From positions 879 to 64,878 of the forward strand of contig CACWOL010000009.1 of NCBI GenBank assembly GCA_902762495.1: DNA of 64,000 bases, written 5' to 3'. The notes beneath the pieces were generated by a model that was not told where the DNA came from, searched no databases, and was given only the letters and a program-made list of their open reading frames with translations. The DNA comes from an uncultured bacterium. Lineage in GTDB: Bacteria > Verrucomicrobiota > Lentisphaeria > Victivallales > UBA1829. Shown here piece by piece: positions 1 through 9,874 of this stretch (positions are counted from its first letter, which is position 1; each line of letters starts with the position of its first letter). A program made the position numbers and the translations under genes.

Positions 1-100
1 ACCTCATCGAATCCGAGGGGGGTTAAAAAGGAAGCGGGACTGAATGCCTTCACGCTCTCGCCCAGCAAATGGATTGCGGCGTCGGCTTCGTTTTCCCGCG

Positions 101-418
101 TCAGTATTCCGCGTCCTCGTCCATGGTCTCCAGCAGGAAGCTGACGGGGCGGAACCCGTCGTTGCAGGAGATCATGGCGGACTTCGGGTTCTTCATCCAG
201 CCGTCGTAGAAATTCTCTCCGCCGTGCGCGAGCGCGAGGACGAACGGGGAGACGGTGTCCCAGGCGCTGTCGCAGAACCCTTCCGGGCGCGCCCAGCCGT
301 TGCAGACGAAGACCTGCCCCAGCTTCATTTCGCAGGCGTGCTGGATCGGGTTTTCGTACTGCGCGATCAGGTCGTCGTGCCGGACGATCTTCTTGACCGT
401 GATCCGGACTTTTTTCAT
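101..418 (-). CDS. TIGR04076-family small Cys-containing protein (function unknown)
   Basis: 105-aa ORF. The pattern MKKVRITV..., PEGFCDSAW, GWMK, CNDGFRPVSF matches my recollection of the TIGR04076 family. Confidence 0.7.
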   Translation of the reverse strand: MKKVRITVKKIVRHDDLIAQYENPIQHACEMKLGQVFVCNGWARPEGFCDSAWDTVSPFVLALAHGGENFYDGWMKNPKSAMISCNDGFRPVSFLLETMDEDAEY

Positions 419-526
419 CGGTCGGCTCCTTGTGTTATTTCAGTTCAGAACGCTGTTTTTCCCGCGGAAGACTACGAAAAAGGCCGTCCCGGGGATTCCG
501 GGCACGGCCTTGCGAAAAACGGGTGC

Positions 527-1654
527 TTACTTCTTCACCGTGTCGGCGATGATGCCGCAGATGCGGTCGATGTCCTCGGCCTTGAGGTAGGGGTGCATCG
601 GCAGGGCGAAGATGTCGGCGGCGCACGCCTCGGCGACGGGCATGTCGCCCTTCTTGTATCCGAGGTATTCGGTCGCGCCGAGCAGGTGCATCGGGATCGG
701 GTAGTAACGCGCGGTCGGGACGTCGGCGGCCTTCAAGGCGGCCTGGATCTCGGCGAACTTCGGCGAACGCGGGCAGAACTGCGCGTAGACGGAGACGCAG
801 CCTTCGGGGGTGGTCTGAACGGAGACGAGGTCCTTCAGGCCGGCGCGGTAACGGTCCGCCACGACCTGGCGCATTTCGACTTCGCCGGGGAAGAGTTTGA
901 GCTTGGCGAGCAGGACGGCCGCCTGGATCGTGTCGCAGCGGGCGTTCAGGCCCAGGCGGACGTTGTTGTAACGGTCCTCGGCGCTGCGGCCGTGGACGAG
1001 GATGGAGTACATCTTGTCGAAGAGGTCGTCGTCGTCCGTGAAGACCGCGCCGCCGTCGCCGTAGCAGCCGAGCGGCTTGGCGGGGAAGAAGCTGGTGCAG
1101 CCGATGGTGCCGAGCGAGGGTGCGCGTTTGCCGCTCGGGGCGACCGCGCCGAACGCCTGGCAGGCGTCCTCGATGATGGCGAGTCCGTGCGCGTCGGCGA
1201 GCGGCTTGATCGCCTTGTAGTCGGCGGTGAGGCCGAAAAGGTCGACGGGGATGATTGCTTTCGGTTTGAGCTTGCCTTCGCGTTCGACCTTCAGGATGGC
1301 TTCCTCGAGCTTCGCCGGGTCGATGTTGTACGTGCCTTCGTCGATGTCGGCGAAGACCGGGGTCGCGCCGACGAGCGCGATCGTCTCGACCGTGGCGAAG
1401 AACGTGAACGGGGTGGTGAAGACTGCGTCGCCGGGACCGATGCCGAGCGCCATCAGCGCCATCAGCAGGGCGTCCGTGCCGCTGGAACACGCCAGGGCGT
1501 GCTTCACTCCGGCGTACTCGGCGAGCTGTTTTTCGAGCTCCGCGATCTCGGCGCCGAGGATGTAGTGTCCGCTCTCCAGCACGCGGTCGATGCCCGCGTG
1601 GATTTCGTCACGGATCAGGCTGTATTGATACTTCAGGTCAATGAACGGCAGCAT
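527..1654 (-). CDS. DegT/DnrJ/EryC1/StrS-family PLP-dependent sugar aminotransferase
   Basis: N-terminus MLPFIDLKYQYSLIRDEI and the following sequence are typical of the family. I chose the ATG at 1654, preceded by GGAGG, rather than the track start at 1741. Confidence 0.9.
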   Translation of the reverse strand: MLPFIDLKYQYSLIRDEIHAGIDRVLESGHYILGAEIAELEKQLAEYAGVKHALACSSGTDALLMALMALGIGPGDAVFTTPFTFFATVETIALVGATPVFADIDEGTYNIDPAKLEEAILKVEREGKLKPKAIIPVDLFGLTADYKAIKPLADAHGLAIIEDACQAFGAVAPSGKRAPSLGTIGCTSFFPAKPLGCYGDGGAVFTDDDDLFDKMYSILVHGRSAEDRYNNVRLGLNARCDTIQAAVLLAKLKLFPGEVEMRQVVADRYRAGLKDLVSVQTTPEGCVSVYAQFCPRSPKFAEIQAALKAADVPTARYYPIPMHLLGATEYLGYKKGDMPVAEACAADIFALPMHPYLKAEDIDRICGIIADTVKK

Positions 1655-1688
1655 AGTCGGCACCTCCGGGGTTGAATTGTTCTCTAAT

Positions 1689-1717
1689 AATATACACCCC
1701 GAAGGCGTGAAAAACAA
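1689..1717 (-). promoter_or_regulatory. sigma70-type promoter (TTGTTT-N17-TATATTAT) for the aminotransferase gene
   Basis: The minus strand reads TTGTTT ttcacgccttcggggtg TATATT ATTA, about 35 nt upstream of the start codon. Confidence 0.5.
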
Positions 1718-1792
1718 GCTCCGGCGCGAGGAAAACGACACACAAGCCGTAGAGTTTTTGTCACGAAAACCGGCCCGCGATATGCCGCGACT

Positions 1793-3049
1793 TTATTGCA
1801 GGTTCATCGCCGTGGGCTGCGTGGAGCTCGGCGGATATACGGTCGGCACGGGGATCGGGTCCTGACGGTCGATGCCGCCGACGCGGCGCGAGATCGGCCA
1901 GAAGACGAAGCAGGCGCGTCCGATGATATTCTTCACGGGGAGCGGGCCCCAGTCGCGGCTGTCCAGACTGTTCGCGGTGTTGTCGCCGAGCGCGAAACAG
2001 CAGTCGTCGGGCACGGTGAACTCCATGTTTTCCTCCAGACGGCCCATGCCGAGATGCCCCTGGTAGCCGCCGATCCCGGAATACACCTTGCAGAACGCCG
2101 GGTTGAACCATTCCGCCGGGCGGAACGTGTTTTCGTTTTTCGGGCGGATGTACAGGTGTCCGTCCTGGATGCGGAGCGTGTCGCCGGGCAGTCCGGCGAG
2201 GCGTTTGATGTAGTAGTAGCCGGTCAGCGGCGTCCCGTGCGACGAGTAAAGTCCCTCGGTGTTGAACACGAACACCTCGCCGCGTTTCAGCGGCTTGAAG
2301 TGGATGGAGAGGCGGTCGACGAAAAGATGGTCGCCGGACGACAGCCAGCCGTCGAACACGGTTTCGCCCTGCCGGTACGTGCGCGTCCGCGGGTCCTCCG
2401 GCAGATACCGGAAGATGTTGTCGCGCGGCTCGTCGCCGGGCAGCAGGAAATCCTGTCCGCCGAAGCGCAGGATGGAGCCGGTGTGGTAGAAATCACCTGG
2501 ATGCAGCAGGGACGGGATGAGTGAGAGCCACGGCCGGACGACCGGGACCGGGTCGGATTCCACCGTCGAATAATTGCGCGGCGCGACGATCTTCGCGTCG
2601 GACGCGCCGAGCGGGGTGAAGAATTTCACGAGTTTGCTCCGGTACGGATCGGACGCCTCGCGGTCGATGTAATGGATGCCGAACAGCGTCGGCTGCATGC
2701 TGCTGGTCGGGATCTGGAACGGCTGGACGAACAGCGCGCGGAGTCCGAACGCCACGCCGAACGCCACGGCGAGCACGTCCAGCACGGAGCACATCCACGC
2801 CTTGAACGTCGTCCGCCCGGAATATTCGGCATATTCGCCGGAGACGGTTTTCAGCGCTTCGGCGCACGCGGCGGGATCGGGATTCGCCTTCGCCTCATCG
2901 GCGGCTTTCTCGAACTCCCTGAGCTGCGTCTTCTCCTCGTCCGACAGGATGTCGTCGTCCTCGGCCAGCGTGTGGCGCACGGACGAAACGATGTCGCGGT
3001 GGAGCTTGCGGTTGGCGCGTTTCAGCCAGAGTGTCTGAAGGAAGTTCAC
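1793..3049 (-). CDS. lepB: signal peptidase I (S26) with long N-terminal cytoplasmic extension
   Basis: Carries the SSMQPTL catalytic Ser box and GDNTANSLDSRDWGPLP box. It lies immediately downstream of lepA, the classical lepA-lepB arrangement. Confidence 0.9.
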   Translation of the reverse strand: MNFLQTLWLKRANRKLHRDIVSSVRHTLAEDDDILSDEEKTQLREFEKAADEAKANPDPAACAEALKTVSGEYAEYSGRTTFKAWMCSVLDVLAVAFGVAFGLRALFVQPFQIPTSSMQPTLFGIHYIDREASDPYRSKLVKFFTPLGASDAKIVAPRNYSTVESDPVPVVRPWLSLIPSLLHPGDFYHTGSILRFGGQDFLLPGDEPRDNIFRYLPEDPRTRTYRQGETVFDGWLSSGDHLFVDRLSIHFKPLKRGEVFVFNTEGLYSSHGTPLTGYYYIKRLAGLPGDTLRIQDGHLYIRPKNENTFRPAEWFNPAFCKVYSGIGGYQGHLGMGRLEENMEFTVPDDCCFALGDNTANSLDSRDWGPLPVKNIIGRACFVFWPISRRVGGIDRQDPIPVPTVYPPSSTQPTAMNLQ

Positions 3050-3056
3050 GGACGCC

Positions 3057-4865
3057 TCACTGTTCGTTGTTCTTCAGGACGGCGATGAACGCCTCCTGCG
3101 GGATGTTCACGCGGCCGATCTGCTTCATGCGCTTCTTGCCTTCCTTCTGTTTCTCCAGCAGTTTGCGCTTTCGGGTGATGTCGCCGCCGTAGCACTTCGC
3201 CAGCACGTTTTTCCTCAGCTGGCGGACGGTTTCGCGGGCGATGACCTTGCCGCCGACGGCGGCCTGGATGGCGATCTGGAACATCTGCGGCGGGATGACC
3301 TCGGCGAGGCGTTCGGCGATCTCGCGGCCGCGTGCGTAGGCGTGGTCGGAGTGGACGATGCTGGCGAAGGCGTCGACCGGTTCGCCGTTCACGAGGATGT
3401 CGAGCTTCACGAGCTTTTCGGTCTGCCAGCCGGCGGGTTCGTAATCGAGGCTGCCGTAGCCGCGCGTGATGGATTTGAGGCGGTCGTGGAAGTCGATCAG
3501 GATCTCGTGCATAGGGATGCAGGCGGTGATCATCACGTGGTTGGCGTCGATGCTCTCCGTGTTCGTGCAGATGCCGCGCTTGTTCATCACCAGGTTCATG
3601 ATGTCGCCGATGTACTCGGTGGGGGACATGATGTGGGCGTTGATGAGCGGCTCCTCAATGTGGTCGATCTCGGACGGGTCGGGCAGGTGCACCGGGTTGT
3701 CGATCTTCAGCATGTCGCCGTTGCGGAGGTACACGTGGTAGATCACGCTCGGATAGGTGGCGATGATGTCCATGTTGTACTCGCGGCGGAGGCGTTCCTG
3801 CACGATCTCCATGTGGAGGAGCCCGAGGAATCCGCAGCGGAACCCGAATCCGAGCGCGGCGGACGTTTCGGACTGGTAGTGGAACGCCGGGTCGTTGAGC
3901 TGGAGCTTCGCCATGCTGAACTTGAGCTGTTCGTAGTCTGCGGTGTCGATGGGGTAGATGCCGCTGAAGACCATCGGCTTCACGTCCTGGAAACCGGGCA
4001 GGGGTTCGGCGCAGGGCGCGGCGGCGTCGGTGATCGTGTCTCCCATCTTCGCGTCGGCGGGCGACTTGAGGTTCGGGATGATGTAGCCGACGTCCCCGGC
4101 CTCGAGCGCGGGCATGGGCTTCATTTCGGGCGTGAAGACGCCGACTTCCTTGATTTCGCTTTCGAGGCCGGTGCTGAACATTTTGAGACGGTTTCCGCGT
4201 GCCAGGCTGCCGTTGAACATGCGGACGTACGTCACCACGCCGCGGTAGGCGTCGTAGATGGAGTCGAAAATCAGCGCGGCGGTCCCGGTCTCCGCGGGCG
4301 CTTTCGGCGGCGGCACGCGCTGCACGATGGCCTCGAGCAGTTCCGGCACGCCGGTGCCGTCCTTCGCGGAGACAAGCAACACTTCCTCGCGCGGGATCGC
4401 CAGGATCTCTTCGAGCTGGTTGTAGCACAACGGCAGGTCGGCGGCGGCGAGGTCGATCTTGTTGATGATCGGGATGATGAAAAGGTTGTGGCGCATGGCG
4501 AGGTTCACGTTCGCCACGGTCTGCGCCTGCACGCCCTGTGTGGCGTCGAGCACGAGGATCGCGCCCTCGCAGGCGGCGAGCGAACGGCTCACTTCGTAGG
4601 AAAAATCCACATGGCCGGGAGTGTCGATGAGGTTCAGCTCGTATTCGTTTCCGTCGGAGGCGGTGAAGAGCATGCGCACGGGATGGGACTTGATGGTAAT
4701 CCCGCGTTCCTGTTCCAGGTCCATGGCGTCCAGGAGCTGGGCATGGACGAGGTCGCGCTTTTCGACCGTGTGGGTGATCTCGAGCATGCGGTCGGCAAGC
4801 GTCGATTTCCCGTGGTCGATATGCGCGATGATGGAGAAATTGCGGATGCGGGTCAGGTCATTCAT
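3057..4865 (-). CDS. lepA: translation elongation factor 4 (LepA)
   Basis: Has the IRNFSIIAHIDHGKSTLADR G-domain and the conserved LepA C-terminus, at full length (602 aa). Confidence 0.97.
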   Translation of the reverse strand: MNDLTRIRNFSIIAHIDHGKSTLADRMLEITHTVEKRDLVHAQLLDAMDLEQERGITIKSHPVRMLFTASDGNEYELNLIDTPGHVDFSYEVSRSLAACEGAILVLDATQGVQAQTVANVNLAMRHNLFIIPIINKIDLAAADLPLCYNQLEEILAIPREEVLLVSAKDGTGVPELLEAIVQRVPPPKAPAETGTAALIFDSIYDAYRGVVTYVRMFNGSLARGNRLKMFSTGLESEIKEVGVFTPEMKPMPALEAGDVGYIIPNLKSPADAKMGDTITDAAAPCAEPLPGFQDVKPMVFSGIYPIDTADYEQLKFSMAKLQLNDPAFHYQSETSAALGFGFRCGFLGLLHMEIVQERLRREYNMDIIATYPSVIYHVYLRNGDMLKIDNPVHLPDPSEIDHIEEPLINAHIMSPTEYIGDIMNLVMNKRGICTNTESIDANHVMITACIPMHEILIDFHDRLKSITRGYGSLDYEPAGWQTEKLVKLDILVNGEPVDAFASIVHSDHAYARGREIAERLAEVIPPQMFQIAIQAAVGGKVIARETVRQLRKNVLAKCYGGDITRKRKLLEKQKEGKKRMKQIGRVNIPQEAFIAVLKNNEQ

Positions 4866-7800
4866 GGTCTTTTTCTATGGATTTTGAAGCGGGGTGAAGG
4901 AGTTTCCAGACGCGGTAATACTCGGAGAGACCCCATGCCTGGGCGTCGCAGCCGCGCGGCTTGTGGGGATAATCGCCGTCGAGGATCTCCGGCATGTGCA
5001 TGATGCAGCCGTTGTCGAGCTGGACCGACATGGAGGACAGCAGGCTGATGGCGGTGGCGCGTCCGAACGCACCGTGGGTGATGTAGTACGCCTCCGGGAA
5101 GAGCGGCATCTGCCAGGTCCAGGCGGTGCCGTTGTGGTACGCGACTTTGCGGCGGGTGTCCTCGTCGCCGCAATACTGCCCCTGATACGGGTGATTCGGA
5201 TCGTTCAGCAGCTTGCCGTCCGTGCCGTAGATGGGAAGCGGGTATTTGACCGGACGGTCCGCCAGACTGCGGATGCCGCCGGGCACGAGGAGTTCGGAGG
5301 TATTGAGGAGGATGCCCCGGCGCAGTTTCTGGTCCTCGACCAGCCCCAGCGTGATCGCGAGCAGCTGGTTCGGGCGGAGATGGTCGTCCGGTTCGGCTTT
5401 CGACGCCGGAGTGCCGGGCGTGCAGTGGAGGCAGTCGGAAAGATAGCCCTCGTCCTTCAACGGGAAGTATTTCAGGAACGATTCCCTGACCTGATCGGCG
5501 AGCTTGGACCAGCGGGCGGCCTTATTCTCCGGGAGCGAATCCGCCAGGAACCGCAGGGAGGCGTACCAGAGCGCCTGAATTTCGACCGGATAACCCTCGC
5601 GGGGCGTCCCGGCGGGGTAGTTCGTATCCATCCACGTGAAATGCGCCGGGCTGAAGATGAGGCCGCTCTCCGCGTCGCACGCGATGCCGTTCGGCGTGCC
5701 CTTGACCAGCCCTTCGGCCAGCTCGACGAGCAGATCGAGCAGCGTCCCGCGGTCCTTGACTTTCGTTTTCAGGAAATCGCGGCTGCCGAGCGCGGCGCAC
5801 ATGTCGCGCACGCCGATGAAGAGCCAGAGAGGCGCATCGGACGTGTCGCGATTTCCGGTGTCGGTCCCGGCGATCATGTTGCAGATGGTCCCGTCCTTTA
5901 CGAGCGAGGCGAACTGAAGCAGGATCTGCTTGACGTCCTCGCGGAACGCCGGTTCGGTCATCAGGCCGCGGACGAAGATGAGCGTGTCGCGGCCCCAGTC
6001 CAGGAACCACGGATACCCGGCGATCACGGTCTTCAGTTCGCCGCGTTTGACGATGAACGCCTTCAGGCTGTTCAGCATCACGGTCTGCAAATCGTCGGTC
6101 ATCGGATTATAGCACGGTTTTTCCTCCGGCACGGGCGAAATCTTCTGTTCGTCCTCGCTCGTCATGATCTGTCCGATCAGGTACAGCGTGTCGTTGCCGG
6201 TCAGGCCGCACTTGAAGTAGCCGGGACTGTAAAGGTCGCAGTTCGGATCGAGCCCGCGTTCGGCTTCGTTCTCCTGATAGTTCATGTACGACCATTCGTC
6301 GGAACGGCGGAACATGCCGCCGGAGGCGATCATGCGGAGGATGCGGTCGGGGGCGGGCTTGAACACGAATCCGAGCGCGGATTCGGTCACGGCGGCGGGG
6401 AAAGAATTCTGCGGTCCCTCGGACGCCTTGGTCAGGCAGTGGAAATTGCGGTCCTCCAGGTCGGGACTGATGATCAGCTGCACCGGTTCGGTGTCGGCGA
6501 TCGTCTCGCCGGTGCCCGAATGCGTGTACCGGTGGAACGACGCCCGGACGGCGTTCCGTTCCGGGATTATGGAAATCTTGAGCACAAGCCCGACGATGCG
6601 GGCGTTTCCGACCGGGACTTTGAAATACCACACCGCGCCGCCGTCGGACGCGATATGAAACCGGTCGATCATTTCGGTGGTGATCGACTGGCGTCTGCCG
6701 CGGCAGATCATCCAGAAACGGAGCCGCCTCCACATGATATGGCGGTCGACCGGGATTTCCGGGTGCAGGTTCGCCAGCATGACCGCGTCGTAACGGCTGA
6801 GGAGGCGTCCGCTTTCCATGCAGACATGCACCGCCGCGCCGCGTCCGTTGGTCTGAAGGAAGGTCCGTCCGCGCAGGAAGAACTCGTCGCGGGTAAGGGA
6901 TGTGACGGCCCTTTTGACGTCGGGCGGCAGGAACATCAGTACCGCGTTGTCGCGGCGGAGCGCGTCGCCTTCGGACACGAAAATGGCCACTTTCAGTTCG
7001 GTCGGCTTGTCCGGCACGGGCAGGGGCGGCACGATGGAGATGAACCGTCCGTCAGCGCAGGAGATCGAACGCGCCACGGCGATCACGCGGCCGTCGTCGC
7101 GGACGATGTGGAACCGGAACCGCACGGGAGAGGACACCAGGATCGAACGTCCCGGTGCGACGATGACTTCCCGGTGAAGGTCGTTCGGCCAATTCCAGAC
7201 GATGTACGGGATGTCGGACTGTCCTTCGAAGAGGTCCTGAAGGAAGCCTTCCGGGGATTCGCGGAGACGGCGTGCGAGCGCGGGGACGTCGGCGTCAGAG
7301 AGGACCGGCGTGCCGCTTTTCGCGACCAGCGCGCGGACCACGAGCGCGGCAGCCTGCTGGTCTTCAAGATGATTGTATTTCAGGCGGCCTCCAGCGACGG
7401 CCTCGTCGAGCTTCGGCAGCCAGTCCTGTTCCGTGCTCAGACAGACGACCCGGCCGGGGGAAAGAGGCAGGCTCCATTTGTGGCCGCGCACGGACAGGAT
7501 GTCCAGACGGCGGCCGGAGATGAGGTCGTACATTTTTTCCCGCGTGAACGTCGCATAGCTGGCGTCCCATTCCGCGGTCACGGTGCGGTCGCAGTTCAGG
7601 TTCATGGCGATGACGACGAAGTGTTCCGCTTCGCGGTTGGTGCGGATGATCACCACGGCGTCGGACGAACCGGAGTCGATGCAGCGGACGAAGGCGCCGT
7701 TGAAAAATGCCGGATGCAGGGCGAGGATCGCGTTGAGGCGGGCGATGTAGTCGATCTGGTTCGGGGTCGCGCCCCAGTTCAGCGCGCTGTCCTGGTGTAC

Positions 7801-9180
7801 GTCGACTTTTTCCTTCGCGAACCATTCCATGCCGTTCGTGAACCCGAACGCGCCGCAGGAGGACGCCAGCGCGCTCAGCGCCGTGCGGAGCATCGCGTAG
7901 CGTTCGCCGGATGCGGCCAGACGGTTGTTGTCGTGGGTCTCGGCGTAATGGATCATGAGGCCGTTCGAGTAGGATTCGTTCCAGGCATAGTTCAGGTAGC
8001 CTTCGATCTGGTCGCGGGAATAGTTCTGGAAGAGTTCGGAATACGCCCAGTCCATGTTCGCGCGGTCGAGCAGCGCCTGCGTGACCTCCGGCGCGCCTCC
8101 GAGTCCTTCCAGCAGGAAAACCGTGTCCGGGAATTCGCGGCGGACGGTAGCGATGATGTATTCCCACGCGGCCTCCGGGATCATATATCCGGCGTCGCAG
8201 CGGAATCCGTCGACGCCGCGGCGGCACCAGGTCAGGAAGACGTTCGCCAGATGGCTCCACAGGGGCGGGTTCTTGTGGTCGAGTTCGATCAGGTCGCCCC
8301 AGGTGACGCCCCACGCGCCGGGCGAAACATAGGTGCCGTCGTCCTTCCGCACGAACCAGTCGGGATGCTCCTCCTGGAGCTTCGACGCCCAGCCCGTGTG
8401 GTTGATGGCGATGTCGAGGAAGATGCAGGCGTTCTTGCGGTGGACCGCGTCGACCAGCTCGAAGAACTGTTCCAGCGGTGATGCCTTGGTGTCGAACTCG
8501 GCCAACGCGGGATCGACCGCGGTGAAGTCCTGCGAGGCGTACGGGCTGCCGAAACGCCCCATGCGGGCATAGGTCGTGGGGACCGGGTTGATCGGGAGCA
8601 GGTGGATGATGCGGCATTTGAGGCGGTCGACGATATGGTCGAGTTCGCGGATGAGGCCGCGGAACGTTCCGCTGGCGGGGATCACGGAGTATCCGGCGCC
8701 GTCGAGCGCGCCGATGCTTTCGTCCGTCACGCCGGACGGCAGCACGGAGGCCGGGCGCGTTTTGTTCGCGCCGAACTGGCGGACGAACGCGCAGTAGACG
8801 GTGTTCGAGGCGCAGTAGACGGCGGACATCACGTTCAGGTGCAGGTTGTCGCCCTTGACCCACGTTGTATTGCCTTCGTCGTCCACGATGCCGCATTTGC
8901 ACTCGAAATGGCCGACTTCGGAGAGCGCCAGGCGCACGCGAAACGAGTATTCGTCGGTCCGCTGCATCGGGATGTTGTTCCAGTCCTGCCCGATCGGGTT
9001 CAGCCTGCGTTCGGTCTGAAGGATGATCTCGTCGCGGTGGATGGATGCGTTTCCGACGTTGGTGCAGAGGAACGCGCGTCCGGTGACGGGTTCGGAGCAG
9101 GTGAGCTTGAATTCGATGGTATCCCCGCAGAACCGCTGCAGGTGTTTTCCGGCCTCGGGGTATTGCGTCAGTTCAGGCAT
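4858..9180 (-). CDS. 1440-aa fusion: GH13 alpha-amylase-family domain (GlgE-like features) + amylo-alpha-1,6-glucosidase (GDE_C) domain
   Basis: The N-terminal half has IIHLLPINP...FLDIAINHTG...GFRCDAGY...LLEGLGG GH13 signature regions. The C-terminal half has the GYPWFLDWGRDTLIFVRGL glycogen-debranching C-domain signature. It overlaps the lepA start by 8 nt. Confidence 0.8.
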   Translation of the reverse strand: MPELTQYPEAGKHLQRFCGDTIEFKLTCSEPVTGRAFLCTNVGNASIHRDEIILQTERRLNPIGQDWNNIPMQRTDEYSFRVRLALSEVGHFECKCGIVDDEGNTTWVKGDNLHLNVMSAVYCASNTVYCAFVRQFGANKTRPASVLPSGVTDESIGALDGAGYSVIPASGTFRGLIRELDHIVDRLKCRIIHLLPINPVPTTYARMGRFGSPYASQDFTAVDPALAEFDTKASPLEQFFELVDAVHRKNACIFLDIAINHTGWASKLQEEHPDWFVRKDDGTYVSPGAWGVTWGDLIELDHKNPPLWSHLANVFLTWCRRGVDGFRCDAGYMIPEAAWEYIIATVRREFPDTVFLLEGLGGAPEVTQALLDRANMDWAYSELFQNYSRDQIEGYLNYAWNESYSNGLMIHYAETHDNNRLAASGERYAMLRTALSALASSCGAFGFTNGMEWFAKEKVDVHQDSALNWGATPNQIDYIARLNAILALHPAFFNGAFVRCIDSGSSDAVVIIRTNREAEHFVVIAMNLNCDRTVTAEWDASYATFTREKMYDLISGRRLDILSVRGHKWSLPLSPGRVVCLSTEQDWLPKLDEAVAGGRLKYNHLEDQQAAALVVRALVAKSGTPVLSDADVPALARRLRESPEGFLQDLFEGQSDIPYIVWNWPNDLHREVIVAPGRSILVSSPVRFRFHIVRDDGRVIAVARSISCADGRFISIVPPLPVPDKPTELKVAIFVSEGDALRRDNAVLMFLPPDVKRAVTSLTRDEFFLRGRTFLQTNGRGAAVHVCMESGRLLSRYDAVMLANLHPEIPVDRHIMWRRLRFWMICRGRRQSITTEMIDRFHIASDGGAVWYFKVPVGNARIVGLVLKISIIPERNAVRASFHRYTHSGTGETIADTEPVQLIISPDLEDRNFHCLTKASEGPQNSFPAAVTESALGFVFKPAPDRILRMIASGGMFRRSDEWSYMNYQENEAERGLDPNCDLYSPGYFKCGLTGNDTLYLIGQIMTSEDEQKISPVPEEKPCYNPMTDDLQTVMLNSLKAFIVKRGELKTVIAGYPWFLDWGRDTLIFVRGLMTEPAFREDVKQILLQFASLVKDGTICNMIAGTDTGNRDTSDAPLWLFIGVRDMCAALGSRDFLKTKVKDRGTLLDLLVELAEGLVKGTPNGIACDAESGLIFSPAHFTWMDTNYPAGTPREGYPVEIQALWYASLRFLADSLPENKAARWSKLADQVRESFLKYFPLKDEGYLSDCLHCTPGTPASKAEPDDHLRPNQLLAITLGLVEDQKLRRGILLNTSELLVPGGIRSLADRPVKYPLPIYGTDGKLLNDPNHPYQGQYCGDEDTRRKVAYHNGTAWTWQMPLFPEAYYITHGAFGRATAISLLSSMSVQLDNGCIMHMPEILDGDYPHKPRGCDAQAWGLSEYYRVWKLLHPASKSIEKDHE

Positions 9181-9214
9181 ACTCGTTTCTTTCGTTTGCC
9201 GCCGGGCGGCGTTG

Positions 9215-9799
9215 TCATTCGATCTCGACGTCCTTCGTCTTCGGGAAGACGGAGATCTCGAACACCTCGGATTTCGTCTGGAGCGTGTTCAGGGCGATCT
9301 GGGCATAGAGGGCGACGGTGTAGCGGGCCTTGCGTTTCGGCGGCTCGGCGTGCTCCAGGAACGTCAGCGGCACGTCGATCAGGGCGCTGTTGTTCGGCTG
9401 GAGAACGAGCGCGGAGCGGCGCGGACGGGATTTCCGGGCCGTTTCGCCGGGCTTCGCATCGGGCCAGGCAAGCTGCCAGTCCTCTTCCCTGATCTCGCCG
9501 GACTTGCCCGGCTCGCAGAACGCGTAGTACAGGCGGATGTTGTCGGTCTCGTTCATGTACCACTCGTCCACGGAGACGACCGCGACGTCCTGGTTTTTGA
9601 GCAGGAAGGTCATGGTCTGGTTCGGGACGCCGAGGGTATAGTCGAGGCGCAGATAACCGTGCTCCAGCGACATTTTCGCTGTGATCTTCTGGAAATACTT
9701 CGTCTCGTCGAATTCGTACTGCACGCTCGGTTCGGCGGAGCATGCGCCGAGGACCAGAAGCGCCGCCAGGGCGAACAGGATTCGTGTCGTTTTCTTCAT
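9215..9799 (-). CDS. hypothetical lipoprotein
   Basis: Signal peptide with lipobox MKKTTRILFALAALLVLGAC. I recognise no family. Confidence 0.6.
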   Translation of the reverse strand: MKKTTRILFALAALLVLGACSAEPSVQYEFDETKYFQKITAKMSLEHGYLRLDYTLGVPNQTMTFLLKNQDVAVVSVDEWYMNETDNIRLYYAFCEPGKSGEIREEDWQLAWPDAKPGETARKSRPRRSALVLQPNNSALIDVPLTFLEHAEPPKRKARYTVALYAQIALNTLQTKSEVFEISVFPKTKDVEIE

Positions 9800-9874
9800 T
9801 TTTCCGGTCGCTTTCTCCGGTTTCCGGTCCGCAGGATTTGAGCGGGGGAAACCGGCTGGATGTTCCGGCTGGGA

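Noticed and set aside
44-1675. 543-aa plus-strand ORF antisense to the aminotransferase gene
   Set aside because: Its Arg/Gly/Ala/Val/Asp-rich low-complexity translation is typical of shadow ORFs in GC-rich DNA. The opposite strand encodes a clearly recognisable DegT-family protein.
4894-8481. 1195-aa plus-strand ORF antisense to the GH13-GDE gene
   Set aside because: Same shadow-ORF composition (RGAVDE-rich) with no recognisable motifs. The minus strand carries strong family signatures.
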